Below, piece by piece: positions 51,004 through 64,000 of a stretch of DNA of 64,000 nucleotides. Position numbers and translations under genes: made by a program. The DNA lies in NCBI RefSeq assembly GCF_001194135.2, contig NC_069001.1:24465923-24529922 (forward strand). Reading direction: 5' to 3'. This DNA is from Octopus bimaculoides. Taxonomy: Eukaryota. How positions within the stretch are numbered: the first letter of the stretch is position 1; every line of letters begins with the position of its first letter. The notes below the pieces were generated by a model. It did not search any database. It was not told where the DNA came from and was given only the letters and a program-made list of their open reading frames with translations.

Positions 51004-51442
51004 TCACGTCTTGAAATATTGCATACAGATTTAGGATTTAACTTTTATCAAATCACTTATACAGAATCATGAAACGAATACCAATTTTCGAAAGGTCTGA
51101 AATTAAAATTGAATGAGACAAATTCCTTACTTGTTTATTTGCAATAAATATATATTAATGATTTTTGTCAACAGCATCACGAAATCTATTCAATCTAAAA
51201 TTTATCTCTACAAAATTTCATAAAAAGTTATGAATTTTTCATAAAATTATAAGAATCCTAACAGGTGGTGGGACACCACTTGTTAAACTGCTGTCTCTCA
51301 GTTTGTTTCTATTTTTAAACTCCCTCTCCTTCTCTATCTGTGTGTATGTGTATCTATCTTTCCATCCATCCATCTATCTATCTATCTATCTATCGATTTG
51401 TTTTGTAAGATTGTTGGGCAAAGGATAACCAACCCCAAGTCT

Positions 51443-51485
<43 letters not shown>

Positions 51486-52234
51486 TGTACATACATACAT
51501 ACATACATCTATACACATACATATATACATATACATACATACATCTATATATATATGCATATATTTGTGCACGTATATAGGTATTTATGCATGTATGTGT
51601 GTATGTATGTATCCATGTATACTGAAAGAGAGAGAGAGAGGGGGAGGGAGGAAGAGAGAAAGCGGGGAGAGATTTGTGAAAATTTACAATTATTTTTATG
51701 CCATATTTTCTTCGATGCTACCGTCTTCGATTAATTACATGATGCTGTTGAGAAGCGAAAGCAGAAATCTATAATGATAAAGATGTTCAAAATAGCCGAC
51801 TTTATTTCATTTATGTAGGAGATAAAGTATGTGAACACGTGCTGCATCTCTTACACGAACTCTCTCTGTATCACTGTCTTACTCTCTCTCTCTGTCTCCA
51901 TCTCTGTTTATTCGATGTAAAGCGTGACTGGAGAAATCAACCAGCCAACAAAGCAACGTTTATATTGACTATTTTAAATGGAGATATGGCGTACCCTGAG
52001 GTGAACGATGGAAAATGGCTTCCACACAGTGGCAAAAATAGACTATCTTGCACCAAGGTGGTTGTCAAAGATACTCCGCCGTTAGAAAATATAAGCAGCA
52101 ACATGTCTTTCAGACCACAGCCATTAGTCTTAACTTTTGAGAATATAGTCTGGAACAAGTCATTTCCGAATTAAAGATTGGATGTTCAGTTCCATTTTTA
52201 CCTAATTTTCTTGATGATATTGGTTCCAGATTGT

Positions 52235-53290
52235 GTCACTAAACCAACAATTTTAAGGCTTAAATCGATTACATCGATTCCAGTGTTCATCTGTTGCTTA
52301 TTTTATCAACCCCGAAAGGATAAAAGGCAAAGTTGACCTCGGCGAAATTTGAAGTCAGGACGAAATGTTAACAATTCTGTCAGCTCGTCGCCTTAATTCT
52401 ACTTATAATATTGGTTTCAAATTTTGGTACAAAGCCAGCAATTTGGGGAGGGTGTAAATCGATTACATTGACCCCCAGTGTTCAACTGGTACTTTGTTTT
52501 ATCGACCCCGAAAGGATGAAAGGCAAAGTCGACTTCGGTGGAAATTGAACTCAGAATGTAAAGTTGGTCGAAATACCGCTAAGCATTTTGTCCGGCATGC
52601 TAACAATTCTGCCAGCTTATGGCGTTAATTCCGCTTACAATATTAGGTGCGACGAAGGCAGCAAGTTGGCAGAATAGTTAGCTCGCTGGACAAAATATTT
52701 AGCAGCCTTTTGTCCGTCATTACGTTCTGAGTTCAATTTCCATCGAGGTCAGCTTTGCCTTTCATCCTTTCGGGGTCGATAAATTAAGTACCAGTTACGC
52801 ACTGAGGTCGATGTAATCGACTTAATCCCTTTGTCCTTGTTTGTCCCCTCTGTGTTTATCCCCTTGTGGGCAATAAAGAAATAAGAATAGTTAGTTCGCT
52901 GGACAAAATATTTGGCAGCCTTTCGTCCGTCATTATGTTCTGAGTTCAATTTCCACCGAGGTCAACTCTGCATTCCATCCTTTCGGGGTCAATAAAATAA
53001 GTACCAGCTGAGTATTGGGGGAGATGTAATCGACTTACACTCTCTCCCGAACATGACAAAATTCGAAGTCACTATTACGTGCTATGTGAGGGTGGTGAAT
53101 TGGCGGTCTTGTTAGAATATCAGACAATAATGCTTTCAGGTATATAGGGAGGTCTCTTTACAATACGAGTTCAAATCTGTGTGAGGTCAACTTTTCGCTT
53201 TTGTTTATTCAGAGGTTAATAAATTAAAGTTCTGGAGTTGCTATTATCGACTATACTGATCCGCTAGAATTTCTGGTCTTGTTCCCCTGT
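52235..53290. mobile_element. array of five SINE F copies (two minus, three plus, divergent)
   Basis: Repeated GCCTTTCATCCTTTCGGGGTCGATAAA domain. Further copies at 54218-54410 and 56900-57120 (+). Confidence 0.88.
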
Positions 53291-54179
53291 AAGAATTGAC
53301 TACGAAACGTTAAGTAACTTGGCCACAGAGACAAGATATTGTTCTTAAGTATATAACACTATTCATTACTCTGTTGTGCTACCCATCACATGCGTACAGA
53401 TACATCAAACTGTGACTTGAGTCCAAAGAGATTTTAATTTATGAACCTGATATCTTTGGTGGATGGATGTTTTGATATTGTCTTGGATAAAATATTATCA
53501 AACTATCAGTATTATATTTCCTGCTAAATAGAATCTTGTGACAACCAGAAAAAGCTTTGAAGAAACCAAATGACTTAGAGAGAGTAAAAGATGACAGCGT
53601 GAATATATTTTTACAATCATCGACTACAAAGAGACATAACAATAGGAACAACAACAAAAACAAAAACAGCCGGTGGAACAGTATCAAAAGTAATAATACA
53701 ACATGAGCAATAGTTTCTTACATAGGAAAAGAGATTACTTTTAAAGTGAAGGGAAAGGGTGGTCATGCTTTTCTCATGGATATTGTTGCTTAATGTGAAC
53801 TGACGTCAACAAGGATATAAATTGGATCAGTGACGTTTACAATCTAACGAAGTGACAAAGGCTACAACAACAAGCTGATGGCAACGAAGCCTAATGGCTA
53901 TTGTTGTTGCTCTTCTTCTTCTTCTTTTCCGCTTCCTCCTCCCCTCCCCCTCTTCCCTTCCTCCTCCATCATCCACAACTCCTCTTCATTCTCTTCCTTC
54001 CCCTCCTCCATCTTCCTCTTCCTCCTCTTCGTCCTATTCTCCTTTTCTGCACCCCCTCTTCGTCCTTTTCCCCTTTCCTGCACCTTCTTCTCGTCCTCTT
54101 TTGATCTCGTCTTCTCCCTCTCCAACCCCTCCCACCTCCTCCTCCTCCTCTTCTTTCCCCTCCTTCTATGTTATTATTG

Positions 54180-54217
<38 letters not shown>

Positions 54218-54479
54218 GTCAAGGCAGCAGAATCGTTAGCGCGTCGAGCATTTCTTTATGTTCGGGGTTCAAATGCCACCAAGGCCAACTCTACATTCCC
54301 CCCTTTCCGGGGGTCAATAAAATAAGCATACTTAGCCGAGTACTGGGTTTGATGTAATCGACAAGTCCTCTCCCCTAAAATTTCAGAACTTATGTCTTTA
54401 GTAGAAAGAACTGTAATTGTTGCTGTTATTGCTGTTATCATACAAATACTATTGCATGCTAATTCAGTTAATTTTGTTC

Positions 54480-55600
54480 ATGGGGTTTGGTGACAAGTCT
54501 ACGCAAATCCTAAGAATCCTTCTTACGATTCTTGTAGCATTTCCTGTTGGTCGACAATACATGAATCGAATCCAATATCTTTCAGCCTCTTTCCTAGCAA
54601 TTTGGGCGAAGTACTTAATGCATCAATCACCGTTGTGTTTCATAATCTCTCGCATCTCTCTGCTAAGATCCTGATATTTCTCAATCTTCTCGGTTTCTTT
54701 GATATCCACTCTACAATTATACGGGATTGATTGCAAAATAAATGATCATACACTGTTCTTTGTGATCCCACGATCATAACTGGTCTCTTTGCTTCGATTG
54801 TACGATATGTTTCTATGGAGAAATCTCATAAAATCCATTGATTATAAATCACCATGACAGCTTCTGGATTGCGTTCATATCACCTTTCATTCACTTAAAA
54901 CACAGATTTGGCTAACATATTTCGTGTATTTTGCTCTCTGATTGAGATTTATCAATCTTTGTCTCTATCGAATTCGTTCTAATGGCTTGTTCCTGAGCGA
55001 TTTTAATTAGTGATTCGGTTCCTCGTTTGAAGTTTCCATCTCTCATTCACAACCAACGTTCTTCATTTCTGAAATCCTCAGTTTGCTGCATGAAGTGGGC
55101 ATATATTTCTTTCTCTTTTCCAGCTATTTGTCCTGCCGTTCTTCTTTCTATTCTTGACATTTTTTTTTAATTATTTCAGTGACTTTGATATATCTAGTCA
55201 CAAATAATAGTCTTTCATCACCATGCAAAATATATAGGTTTTCAAACCCAGAATCGTAGCATACATTAGTGTTTTCTGCTTTTAACAAACCTCTGTCACT
55301 TTCCCTTCTTAGTAAGTAAAATCTGTAAATAGGAATTTTGAGGGTTGACGATGTGTGTTATGCCTTGTGAGCAATTTTCAGGTTCTTTCACCCAATTTCT
55401 GTAGCTCTGAATTCGCTCCCTTTAAAAAGGAGCAGAGTGTGTCAAAAACTGAGATAAACCACAAAATAATCACCTTGACGATACGACTTCTAATTAATTT
55501 TGCGAGTTCCGAACCCTTTTTTCGTACACTTTGGAGTCTTTGTTCTCTCATTTTCTTTTCCTTTAACTTATCATGCGTCACACCTAAAAAATACTAACAT
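54480..55600 (-). mobile_element. R4/Dong-like non-LTR retrotransposon relic (RT C-terminus, zinc finger region, REL endonuclease)
   Basis: Vestiges of GNFKRGTESLIKIAQEQAIRTN, IETYRTIEAKRP and KETEKIEKYQDLSREMREI; many stops and frameshifts. Confidence 0.7.
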
Positions 55601-56274
55601 CTTTTTTCATTCGCTTTCAGTAATGTAATACTATCATCTGGTATTTTCCCCCAGTAACTTTAACCCACCCCCTCAAACCCCCAGTTTCATGAATAGTTGA
55701 CTAAAATTTGCCTTTATTTTTCTCATTTTTTTCCCTGCTTAATGCCTCTGTTTGAGCTTTCGTTTAATTCCCTGTTTAAACGCTACAATGCATGACGGCG
55801 CCATCCCTTTGGTTCCTTGAATTAAGTTTCTGCTTCGACGCGAGAGATGATCTCTTCAAATATATTATCTCGAACATTTCTCCCTTCATCTCCCTCTGCA
55901 TAATATCATCGAATTCTCGTATGCGTCGATACTCGTATCCATGTCTTTAAGTTCTTAAGTCTGTTCTTTCAGTAAGTTTATTCCATTAAAATATACTTTC
56001 ATTTCTTCAGGGCAAAATGTTACATTTCGTTATTCAAACTCTACTTCAATATCACTACCACATGCTTTTACTTTAATTATAAGGAATCAATAATTCCAGT
56101 GATAAACGTACATTGCAATATAGATAAAAATAACTCTCTCTCTCTCTCATCCATCAGCATTCCATCAACTTCGACGATATGTATGAATCAGTCATATCTC
56201 TTACACTAGGCTTACTAGCGACTTCTTAAGAACGGTTGAGAGTTCTATCAGCGAATATGTGATATCCCATTATT

Positions 56275-56575
56275 TGGGATGCCACATGTTGCTTCACGTT
56301 CGCCAGTGGCAACCTGGTATGTTCGACTACCAGCCCCGGCTCCATTCTTCGTCAGACCGAAGAGGGCAAACTGCCAAAGTATCGGTCGCTCTCTGATAGG
56401 TTTATGGTCAAGCCTGTGACAATCGAAATCTCCAGCGTTCAAGGCTCCTGGACTAAATCTCTGCTCACTGTTTGTTACAGGAAAAAAGATGGCTATACGC
56501 GAGTGTGAGCCGGAGTGGCTGTTCCAATGCATATCTGTCGCCATCTTCCGGGGCAACGCTGGGATCATAATGTAA
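56275..56575 (+). mobile_element. CRE-like non-LTR retrotransposon REL-domain 3' fragment
   Basis: WDATCCFTFAS...EEGKLPKYRSL...PVTIEISSVQG, then a frameshift to EPEWLFQCISVAIFRGNAGIIM*. Confidence 0.72.
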
Positions 56576-57161
56576 ACTGACCCTTACCTAATTAATACAC
56601 TTTAGTCTAATAGATCGAACCACTGACGTCAAGGCCGCGAACCAGTGTTACAACTTACTCTTTGCTTTGACAGAGGAAGTATCTGCTTCAACTGACTAGA
56701 GATTATAGTTTGTCGACATTTAGGCTGAAAAGCAACGTTGCAACTTGTGGAATTAGAAACCGGAATCCCTTAGACAAACTGAATATTGCAAGACAGTTTG
56801 TTAGAGGTTCTGCGCTTCACCACTCTAAAACTTATAACTGCTCCTAAAGCACGCAAACAACCACAAACTTGGAGTAGAGAGAATATGTTGATAACATCAT
56901 AGGCGGTGAGTTGGCAGAATCTTTAGCCCGCCGGATAAAATGATTAGTGACATGTAGTCCGCTTTTACTTTCTGAGTTCAAATTCCGCCGATGTCTACTT
57001 TGCATTTCATCATTTCGGGGTCGATAAAAATAAGTAGCAGTGAACACTGGGGTTGCATGTAATTGACTTATCACCTCCCCAAAAGTTGCTGGCCTTGTGC
57101 CAAAATTTGAGATCAATGTGTCTTCTATATTATTTACATTCGACGGATATTTGTCCACATA

Positions 57162-57252
57162 TGGCGTAGTGGTTAAGAGCGCGGGCTACTAACCCCAAAA
57201 TTCCGAGTTCGATTCCAAGCAGTGACCTGAACACTAATAATAATAATAATAG
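57162..57252 (+). mobile_element. very short tRNA-derived SINE or tRNA pseudogene with (TAA)n tail
   Basis: A box TGGCGTAGTGG, anticodon-like loop CTACTAA, B box GAGTTCGATTCC; no acceptor stem. Confidence 0.65.
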
Positions 57253-57339
57253 TAAATAGAGTGATTGTGCAATTCACCGGAGAGGAGAAGGAGTCCATAT
57301 CACCTCGCCCAGATCAACGAGGGCCCTCTGACAGAACCC

Positions 57340-58138
57340 TTCTATTTGCTAAGAGAAGTGTGATAATCTTCGTTGCAAGGCCTCTGACATAGCAGAACAA
57401 GTTGATGTCAGTCCCAGAAGAGCTGTCAGGTACCTTGGTTACTATGGCAGAGCAGCAAGAAGGAAGCCACTTCTTCGACTAGCCAACATCAAACGGAGAA
57501 AAGATTGTGCCAGTGAGATGGTGGAGAGGCTATTAACATTTTGGGACACTGTCATGTTCTCTGATGAGTCCAGATTTGCTATATTTCCTGTCAGCGGTAG
57601 TGTCTGGATCTGGAGACTCTGTGATCAAGAATTTGATGTAGAAAGATTGCAGCCAACAATGAAACACGGTAGCTATTCTGTGATGGTCTGGGGAGCAATC
57701 TGGAACACTGGTTGATCAGAGCTGGTGGAGTGTAAGGGAAACATAAACTCAGGTAAATATGTGTCCATATTGCAGAAAAGACTCCTTCAAATCTTCTCCA
57801 GTACTGAAATGATTAAAGAAGACTCTTTATTTTTGGAAGATGGGGTTCCTTGTCACATGGCTAAAATGATCCAAAAATTGATGGATGAGAATGGCATTGA
57901 AAAGCTTCCATGGCCATGATAGTCACCAGATATGAACCCTATAGAACACCTCTGGGACACAAAGGACAGGACACTTCATAAAAAGAACAAGAAAGCATTT
58001 TCAAAGCCAGATCTTTTGCGATTACTGCATGAAACTGAGCAAGAAATTCCTGAAGAGAATATTCGTAATCTGATCAGTAACATGCTTAATAAGGTCCTTG
58101 CATTGAAAAATGCAAAGGGCATGTCCACTAAATATTAA
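57340..58138 (+). pseudogene. Tc1-like DD34E transposase pseudogene
   Basis: [46 protein letters not shown]; in-frame stops. Confidence 0.9.
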
Positions 58139-58404
58139 ATATTCACATTATAACAATTAATTTGGATGTATAATTTTAGATTTAAATAACTTTTAATGAT
58201 TGTAAGTATATCTATTTACTTCTGTAATGCTTTTGCACATACATACATATGTACAAACACGCACACACATGCATATATGGTCACATACATGCACACAGAT
58301 ATGCAGGCACACATGCACACACATATGCATATGCCTAGGATTGCGTGCAATCGCGCGTGCGTGTATATAGCTGGAGAATTATTATTCTTGTGGGTGTTAT
58401 TCTG

Positions 58405-58442
<38 letters not shown>

Positions 58443-58649
58443 AGGGTAAGTATGTATAATGTCATTAATATCCATATTTTGGGTTGCATATTTAAGTATG
58501 CAATATGCATTTATGAATATTCATAAACAAATGGGAATGCGTTCATCATATCAATTGATATATACATACTTGTACATATATACTAATATATATAATGTAC
58601 AACGGTATATATATACTTATATATATATACACACACATATATATGTATG

Positions 58650-58684
<35 letters not shown>

Positions 58685-59273
58685 TATATAGATATTTATA
58701 CACACACACACACACACGCATATATACATGTAAGTACATATTTACAAACATATACATTTATATGCACATAAATTCATACGTATGCATAAATATTACACAT
58801 ATGCACGCAAGTACATACAGAGACTTACAGTTACATGTGCAGACATGAATGCATACCTACCTACCTATATATATATGTATATATAATTATGTATATGTAT
58901 TTTATATATATATATAAAATGATGTATATTTATTTATACTTATATATTTACACACACATATACATATATATTTATATATATGTACATATACATTTATAAA
59001 CGTATGTATATATAAATATATATATATGCATATATATATATATATATGCATATATANNNNNNNNNNNNNNNNNNNNNNNNNNNNNNNNNNNNNNNNNNNN
59101 NNNNNNNNNNNNNNNNNNNNNNNNNNNNNNNNNNNNNNNNNNNNNNNNNNNNNNNNGTGACTTCCGGGGTTGGGCATGCAATGAATTTCTAGTATTCCTA
59201 GTATTTACATATGGGAGATTCTGAATATGCAGTCACCCCCGTATGACCTAGAATAAGCAGGGAATAAAAAATG

Positions 59274-59337
59274 GCTCTGAAGAGATGAGCCTGAAATAAG
59301 TGTATTGTTTGTATTATTCTCTCTTCGAAACGTCAGT
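59274..59337 (+). ncRNA. minimal hammerhead-like motif
   Basis: GCT-CTGAAGA-GATGAG...CTCTTC-GAAA-CG-TC^AGT; helix I only 3 bp. Confidence 0.5.
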
Positions 59338-60283
59338 ACTTTCCCATCCTCACTCTGCCTTAAAAAAGTTTAAAAATCATAAGTGAAATGTAATAAAGAT
59401 GAAATTGGATTCTGTTAATATTTTTGCATATTCGGAATCTCTGTTAAAGGTAGGAATCCGAAAAAAATAATACTTATACAAAACGGAAAAATAACGTTAG
59501 TTAAATTAATTTAAGATTAATTAGCTACTTCTGAAATAAGAAATATAGCATAGATAATATTTTTGTTTTCAGAACACTCCAAAAATATAATAGTGCAAAC
59601 AGATGTTTTGGATAAAAAAAANNNNNNNNNNNNNNNNNNNNNNNNNNNNNNNNNNNNNNNNNNNNNNNNNNNNNNNNNNNNNNNNNNNNNNNNNNNNNNN
59701 NNNNNNNNNNNNNNNNNNNNNNNNNNNNNNNNNNNNNNNNNNNNNNNNNNNNNNNNNNNNNNNNNNNNNNNNNNNNNNNNNNNNNNNNNNNNNNNNNNNN
59801 NNNNNNNNNNNNNNNNNNNNNNNNNNNNNNNNNNNNNNNNNNNNNNNNNNNNNNNNNNNNNNNNNNNNNNNNNNNNNNNNNNNNNNNNNNNNNNNNNNNN
59901 NNNNNNNNNNNNNNNNNNNNNNNNNNNNNNNNNNNNNNNNNNNNNNNNNNNNNNNNNNNNNNNNNNNNNNNNNNNNNNNNNNNNNNNNNNNNNNNNNNNN
60001 NNNNNNNNNNNNNNNNNNNNNNNNNNNNNNNNNNNNNNNNNNNNNNNNNNNNNNNNNNNNNNNNNNNNNNNNNNNNNNNNNNNNNNNNNNNNNNNNNNNN
60101 NNNNNNNNNNNNNNNNNNNNNNNNNNNNNNNNNNNNNNNNNNNNNAGGCAACCATCTTTTCTGAAACATATCTTGAAACAGGGACTTCCTCTCCAGACGG
60201 ATCTTACTCCGCAGATTGTTAGTTAAAAAAAAAACTAATCAGCCCGCGTCCAGAGATGAATGAATTCCTCTTCCACGCGTCGT

Positions 60284-60958
60284 TCATACTGTATCTTTCA
60301 GCATGGCCACTACGCAGTAGAAACTTACCTTACGTTCCCTGTTAAAGGAGGAAGGTGGTACAACTTTTGTAACCGACTCAGCCGACAGCCGTACTCTTTC
60401 TGTTTCCGACATCAGCCGTTCGACATAGGCAATCAGCCCCTTTATTTCCTCGCACTCCACAAATGCATGTTGAACAATTTCACTGTCCCGCATGCGGCCC
60501 TGCCAAGTAGGAGGGGCGCCAAACCCATGCTGTGACTGCCTCTCTCGAACTGGTAAAGCCCCTCGAGAGATCAACCAAGCGAGGGATTTCTGGAAATCAT
60601 CCAGGTACCCCGGCCCGAAAGTCCTATCGAAAAGGCTAGCTATGAAAACTTCACCACCAAATGCCAGATCCAGAACGACCAGTTTGCCTTCTGGGTCAGC
60701 AAAAAATATACGTTTCTGCAGATCCAAGTTTTTCCCGAGCACAACTACGACCCCTCCCCATCCACCGGTTTGGCTAAGAGACATGACTTTCTCATAGCCA
60801 TTCAGGAGGGACGAGAAGGACTGCAGCTTGTCCAACTTGGTCTCTGTAGCGACCATCACATCTATTCTATGTGACCTGAGGTCGTTGAGCAAACAAACCT
60901 GCTTCCACTTCGAACCCAGGCCACGTACATTTAAACAGCCTATACTGAGTGTAGCCAT
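60284..60958 (-). pseudogene. truncated LINE ORF2: APE N-terminus fused in frame to the C-terminal zinc-finger region
   Basis: MATLSIGCLNVRGL...ATETKL; then GALPVRE...EIVQHAFVEC. Confidence 0.8.
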
Positions 60959-60998
60959 CTCTCAAAAGAAAAAAGGACGGTAAAAATGCAGCTTACCT

Positions 60999-62444
60999 TC
61001 ACAGAGGTATATGCCTAAGGGTGACCAATTTAATCTCGCCACCCTCTTCCAGGCTTGGTTCAACCGGCGGATTGACTAGTTTTGGGAGTGACCCCAGCTC
61101 CACAATGTCTTTTGGGTGTAGCTTTTTCATATCCATATATAGTGTCCTAGCGATTCTTCCGTAAGTAAGCGGTCCCTCTTCGACCTGACTTCGGAAGATC
61201 TTTGTTTGTTGGTGGGGCACAATCACACCCGCCAAGTAAGTGTTAGTGTTTCTAAACACTACTGTCACCATTTCTGGGCCTTTCTTTTCAAACAACATTA
61301 CTGGCCTATACCAGCCCGCCTCTTTGATTTCCTTTATTTTTTTCCCCCGCTGTGGCCTTTCTGGCCGACTTTGGGAGTTTCTTTTCCCTTTTTGGGAGGG
61401 GTTTATCCTTCTCCGGAGTTAGTACTTTTGGTCTTTTCCGGGAGACCGTCTGGAACTCCTCCTGAGCTACTTCTTCATCACTACTGGTAATGGCCTCCAT
61501 GGCCGGGACTATCACCTCTTCCACGCTAGGTATGCTTTTACTAGTAGTAGCCCTCTGGGTAATGGCCTCCTTGGCGGGGGATACCACCTCTTCCACTTTT
61601 TTACTGCTACTGGTGGTAGACTTCTTGGTAATGGCCTCCTTGGCCGAAGCTACCACCTTCTCATTATTGGTGTCAGTGTTTGTGGTCGACCCTTTGGTAC
61701 TGGCCTCCTTGGCCGGGGCTGCCACTTTTGCCGCTTTTTCTTTCCCGCACTCGGACCTCTGGTGTCCTTTGCTTCCGTACCGGTAGCACCAAGGTTTCCT
61801 CCCTTCCACGTTAATGATTAGGGCTGACTCCTCCGCAATTACCAGTCTGTCTTGAAGCTCTTCTAAATCCGTAGGGGTTGCCTGTACCCGGATTTCCAGG
61901 GATTGTCCCTTCCAGTTCTGGGAGACACTTCTTTAAACCTGGATAACCTCCAGCTTTTCCTCTCTATTGAAAAGGAGCATAGCAATAACCTATGCTACCT
62001 CGATATCAGGTTGGATATTTGTTATTTTTATCCGGGACGTTCTGCGTCCTAGATATAATGGCAACAATGCCATTTTTTCATTCTGCAAGGTCCGAGCAGA
62101 ATATTCCTTCGCTTTTTCCACCGATTCGAACCTTGCTTCAACCGTCGCATACTTACTACCGCGAGTCAAGAAGACCCGTGGCACTCTTCAATAGCTTCCT
62201 CCTCGAAGCGAGTAACCAACTTATTTTTCATACAAAAGGTTTTATAAATAATGATCCTCTCCTTTTTAACGTTGGTAATTTCAGGTGGTGTGGAGAATTT
62301 ACTTTCCCCGTTGCACTCTGTAATTTTCTCAAAAAGCATCTGTATATCTGCTTTTTTAAAATTTATAATTTCTTGCTGTTGACCAACAGCGGCGGCATAG
62401 TTCATCGTTACTGCTTCAGCAGTTGACGCCATAACGGCAGTCAA
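60999..62444 (-). pseudogene. LINE ORF1 (RRM-like region, degenerate CCHC knuckle CYRYGSKGHQRSEC), frameshifted
   Basis: ORF pieces 62166-62444, 61990-62184, 61306-61809 and 60999-61298. Confidence 0.75.
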
Positions 62445-63440
62445 AATTATTCCTCTACCACGAGGTAATTAAATAAAGTTTACACAAAATCCTTCCGCCG
62501 TGGGGGAAGGCAACAAGGAATTAATCACAATAACACTATCCAAGTCGTTAAACAACTTTCCAACAACAAGAAAATCCTGCAAGAGGCAAAATTAATATAA
62601 CTCACTAGGAGCTCACAAAAACACGATCGTTCTCAACAACAGAGATTGCAACAATTCTACACTAACAAAGAGACGGAGAGGGGGTGTCATGTGGTCTTCT
62701 CAAAGCAGAAGTATGAGTCACTGAGAGAGGGGAAGGGGAGGCAGAATATTTCGTAAACACCGGGACGGATTTCTTTTTTTTAAACAAAAGTAACTATTTT
62801 ATCTAATTTTCCGATAATTTGGATACAAAATCACAGGCCATACCTTGCATGCCTGGGAGTGCACAAATAAAGTAAAAAGTAAAAGAATCAAAAGGAAGAG
62901 TAAATATGGTTAGGCAGCTTTTTAATGGCTGCAAATGTTTCGCTACATACAGATCCTCGTATATACAGGATTTAAAGTTAAGTTTAAATTAAATTATGTA
63001 ACGATTTACCTGTATAAGAAGATCTATATGTATCTCTTCAGGCGATACTCAGTTGCTGTCTCCGTAAGCAAAATTTAGATTTTCATGCTGCAACATCTAT
63101 GGCTTCTTCTTTGAAACTAACAAACGCTGACGGTTTCAATTCGCTCGGTATGATTGCCTTATCACGTTCGACATGAGCTGACATGTGCACGTTGCCTGCT
63201 TATTTATTAAGTTTCAAATGTTATTCTGCACATTCCAAACTGTATCATTACGCGGATTACATTTTACTTTTTACTTTTACTCTTACCTTTTATTTTCACA
63301 CGCGAGGAATACCTCAGACTAGAATTGGTAGCATACCATAAGAATACTACCGGCTATTTGGGAATTCTAAGGGTGAACGAGTTCTATTTGTACTCTTATA
63401 CGTTCTTAACAGAGCACACCTCAACTGACTATGTATAAAT

Positions 63441-63472
<32 letters not shown>

Positions 63473-64000
63473 GTGTGTGAGTGCATATACAAAAGAATAA
63501 ATTCATACGTGTGCATATCGGTGTTCTTGTGTAAATATTTAAATAAGCATGTACATGTATGTATGTATGTATGCATGTATGCATGTATGTATGTGTATTA
63601 ATCTCTGTTTTGGCATATTAATTTTCAAGAGTCAATTTTCGAAATATCAAACAAGAATTTGGAAACAAAAAATACACCTACACACTTGTGTGATTATCTA
63701 TTTTTGTGTTTGTATACATATATATGATATAAATATACATTTATATACATGTTTATCTCTGTGTGTGCGTGCGTGTATGCACGTGTGCATGTATGTAAAG
63801 AGAAAGGGGGAAACAGTACGACAGTGAGCGTGTTCTATGTTGTATGCTTGACGTCACGTATTGCATTCTTTTGCATTTACCTGTAATTGATATCCCATAA
63901 TCCAGTTTGCATGAAACACGCATCAATACCACCCGCATTCTCACACTTTTATAGAAAAAAAAAGCTCAAATAGAATACAAAACATCCAGTTATATTATTA

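Larger units (their letters stand above)
60148..62640 (-). mobile_element. Tx1/L1-like LINE, internally deleted (RT missing)
   Basis: ORF1 fragments plus an ORF2 APE start fused to the ORF2 C-terminus; the 3' end runs into a gap. Confidence 0.85.

Overview
AT-rich, repeat-dominated eukaryotic DNA with many assembly gaps next to (TA)n. The tRNA-derived SINE set and repeat landscape look like an octopus/coleoid cephalopod intron or intergenic region (recognition from memory, not verified). No intact host gene can be identified; there are only a few candidate exons and microexons. Most ORFs in the supplied track are microsatellite or SINE artefacts. Supported content: several SINE families; a (GAT)n-tailed retroelement 3' end; mariner, maT/DD37D-like and Tc1 relics; a piggyBac-type MITE; a probable solo LTR; RTE, R4/Dong-like and CRE-like LINE relics; an internally deleted Tx1/L1-like LINE; and three Penelope-like element (PLE) relics. 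The main hidden signal is about ten hammerhead-ribozyme-like motifs on both strands (CUGANGA...GAAA...UH, several with a palindromic helix III). Three keep every catalytic core base, two lie downstream of PLE GIY-YIG ORF ends on the same strand, and one appears to have been converted into a 51-bp fold-back. All folds were done by eye.
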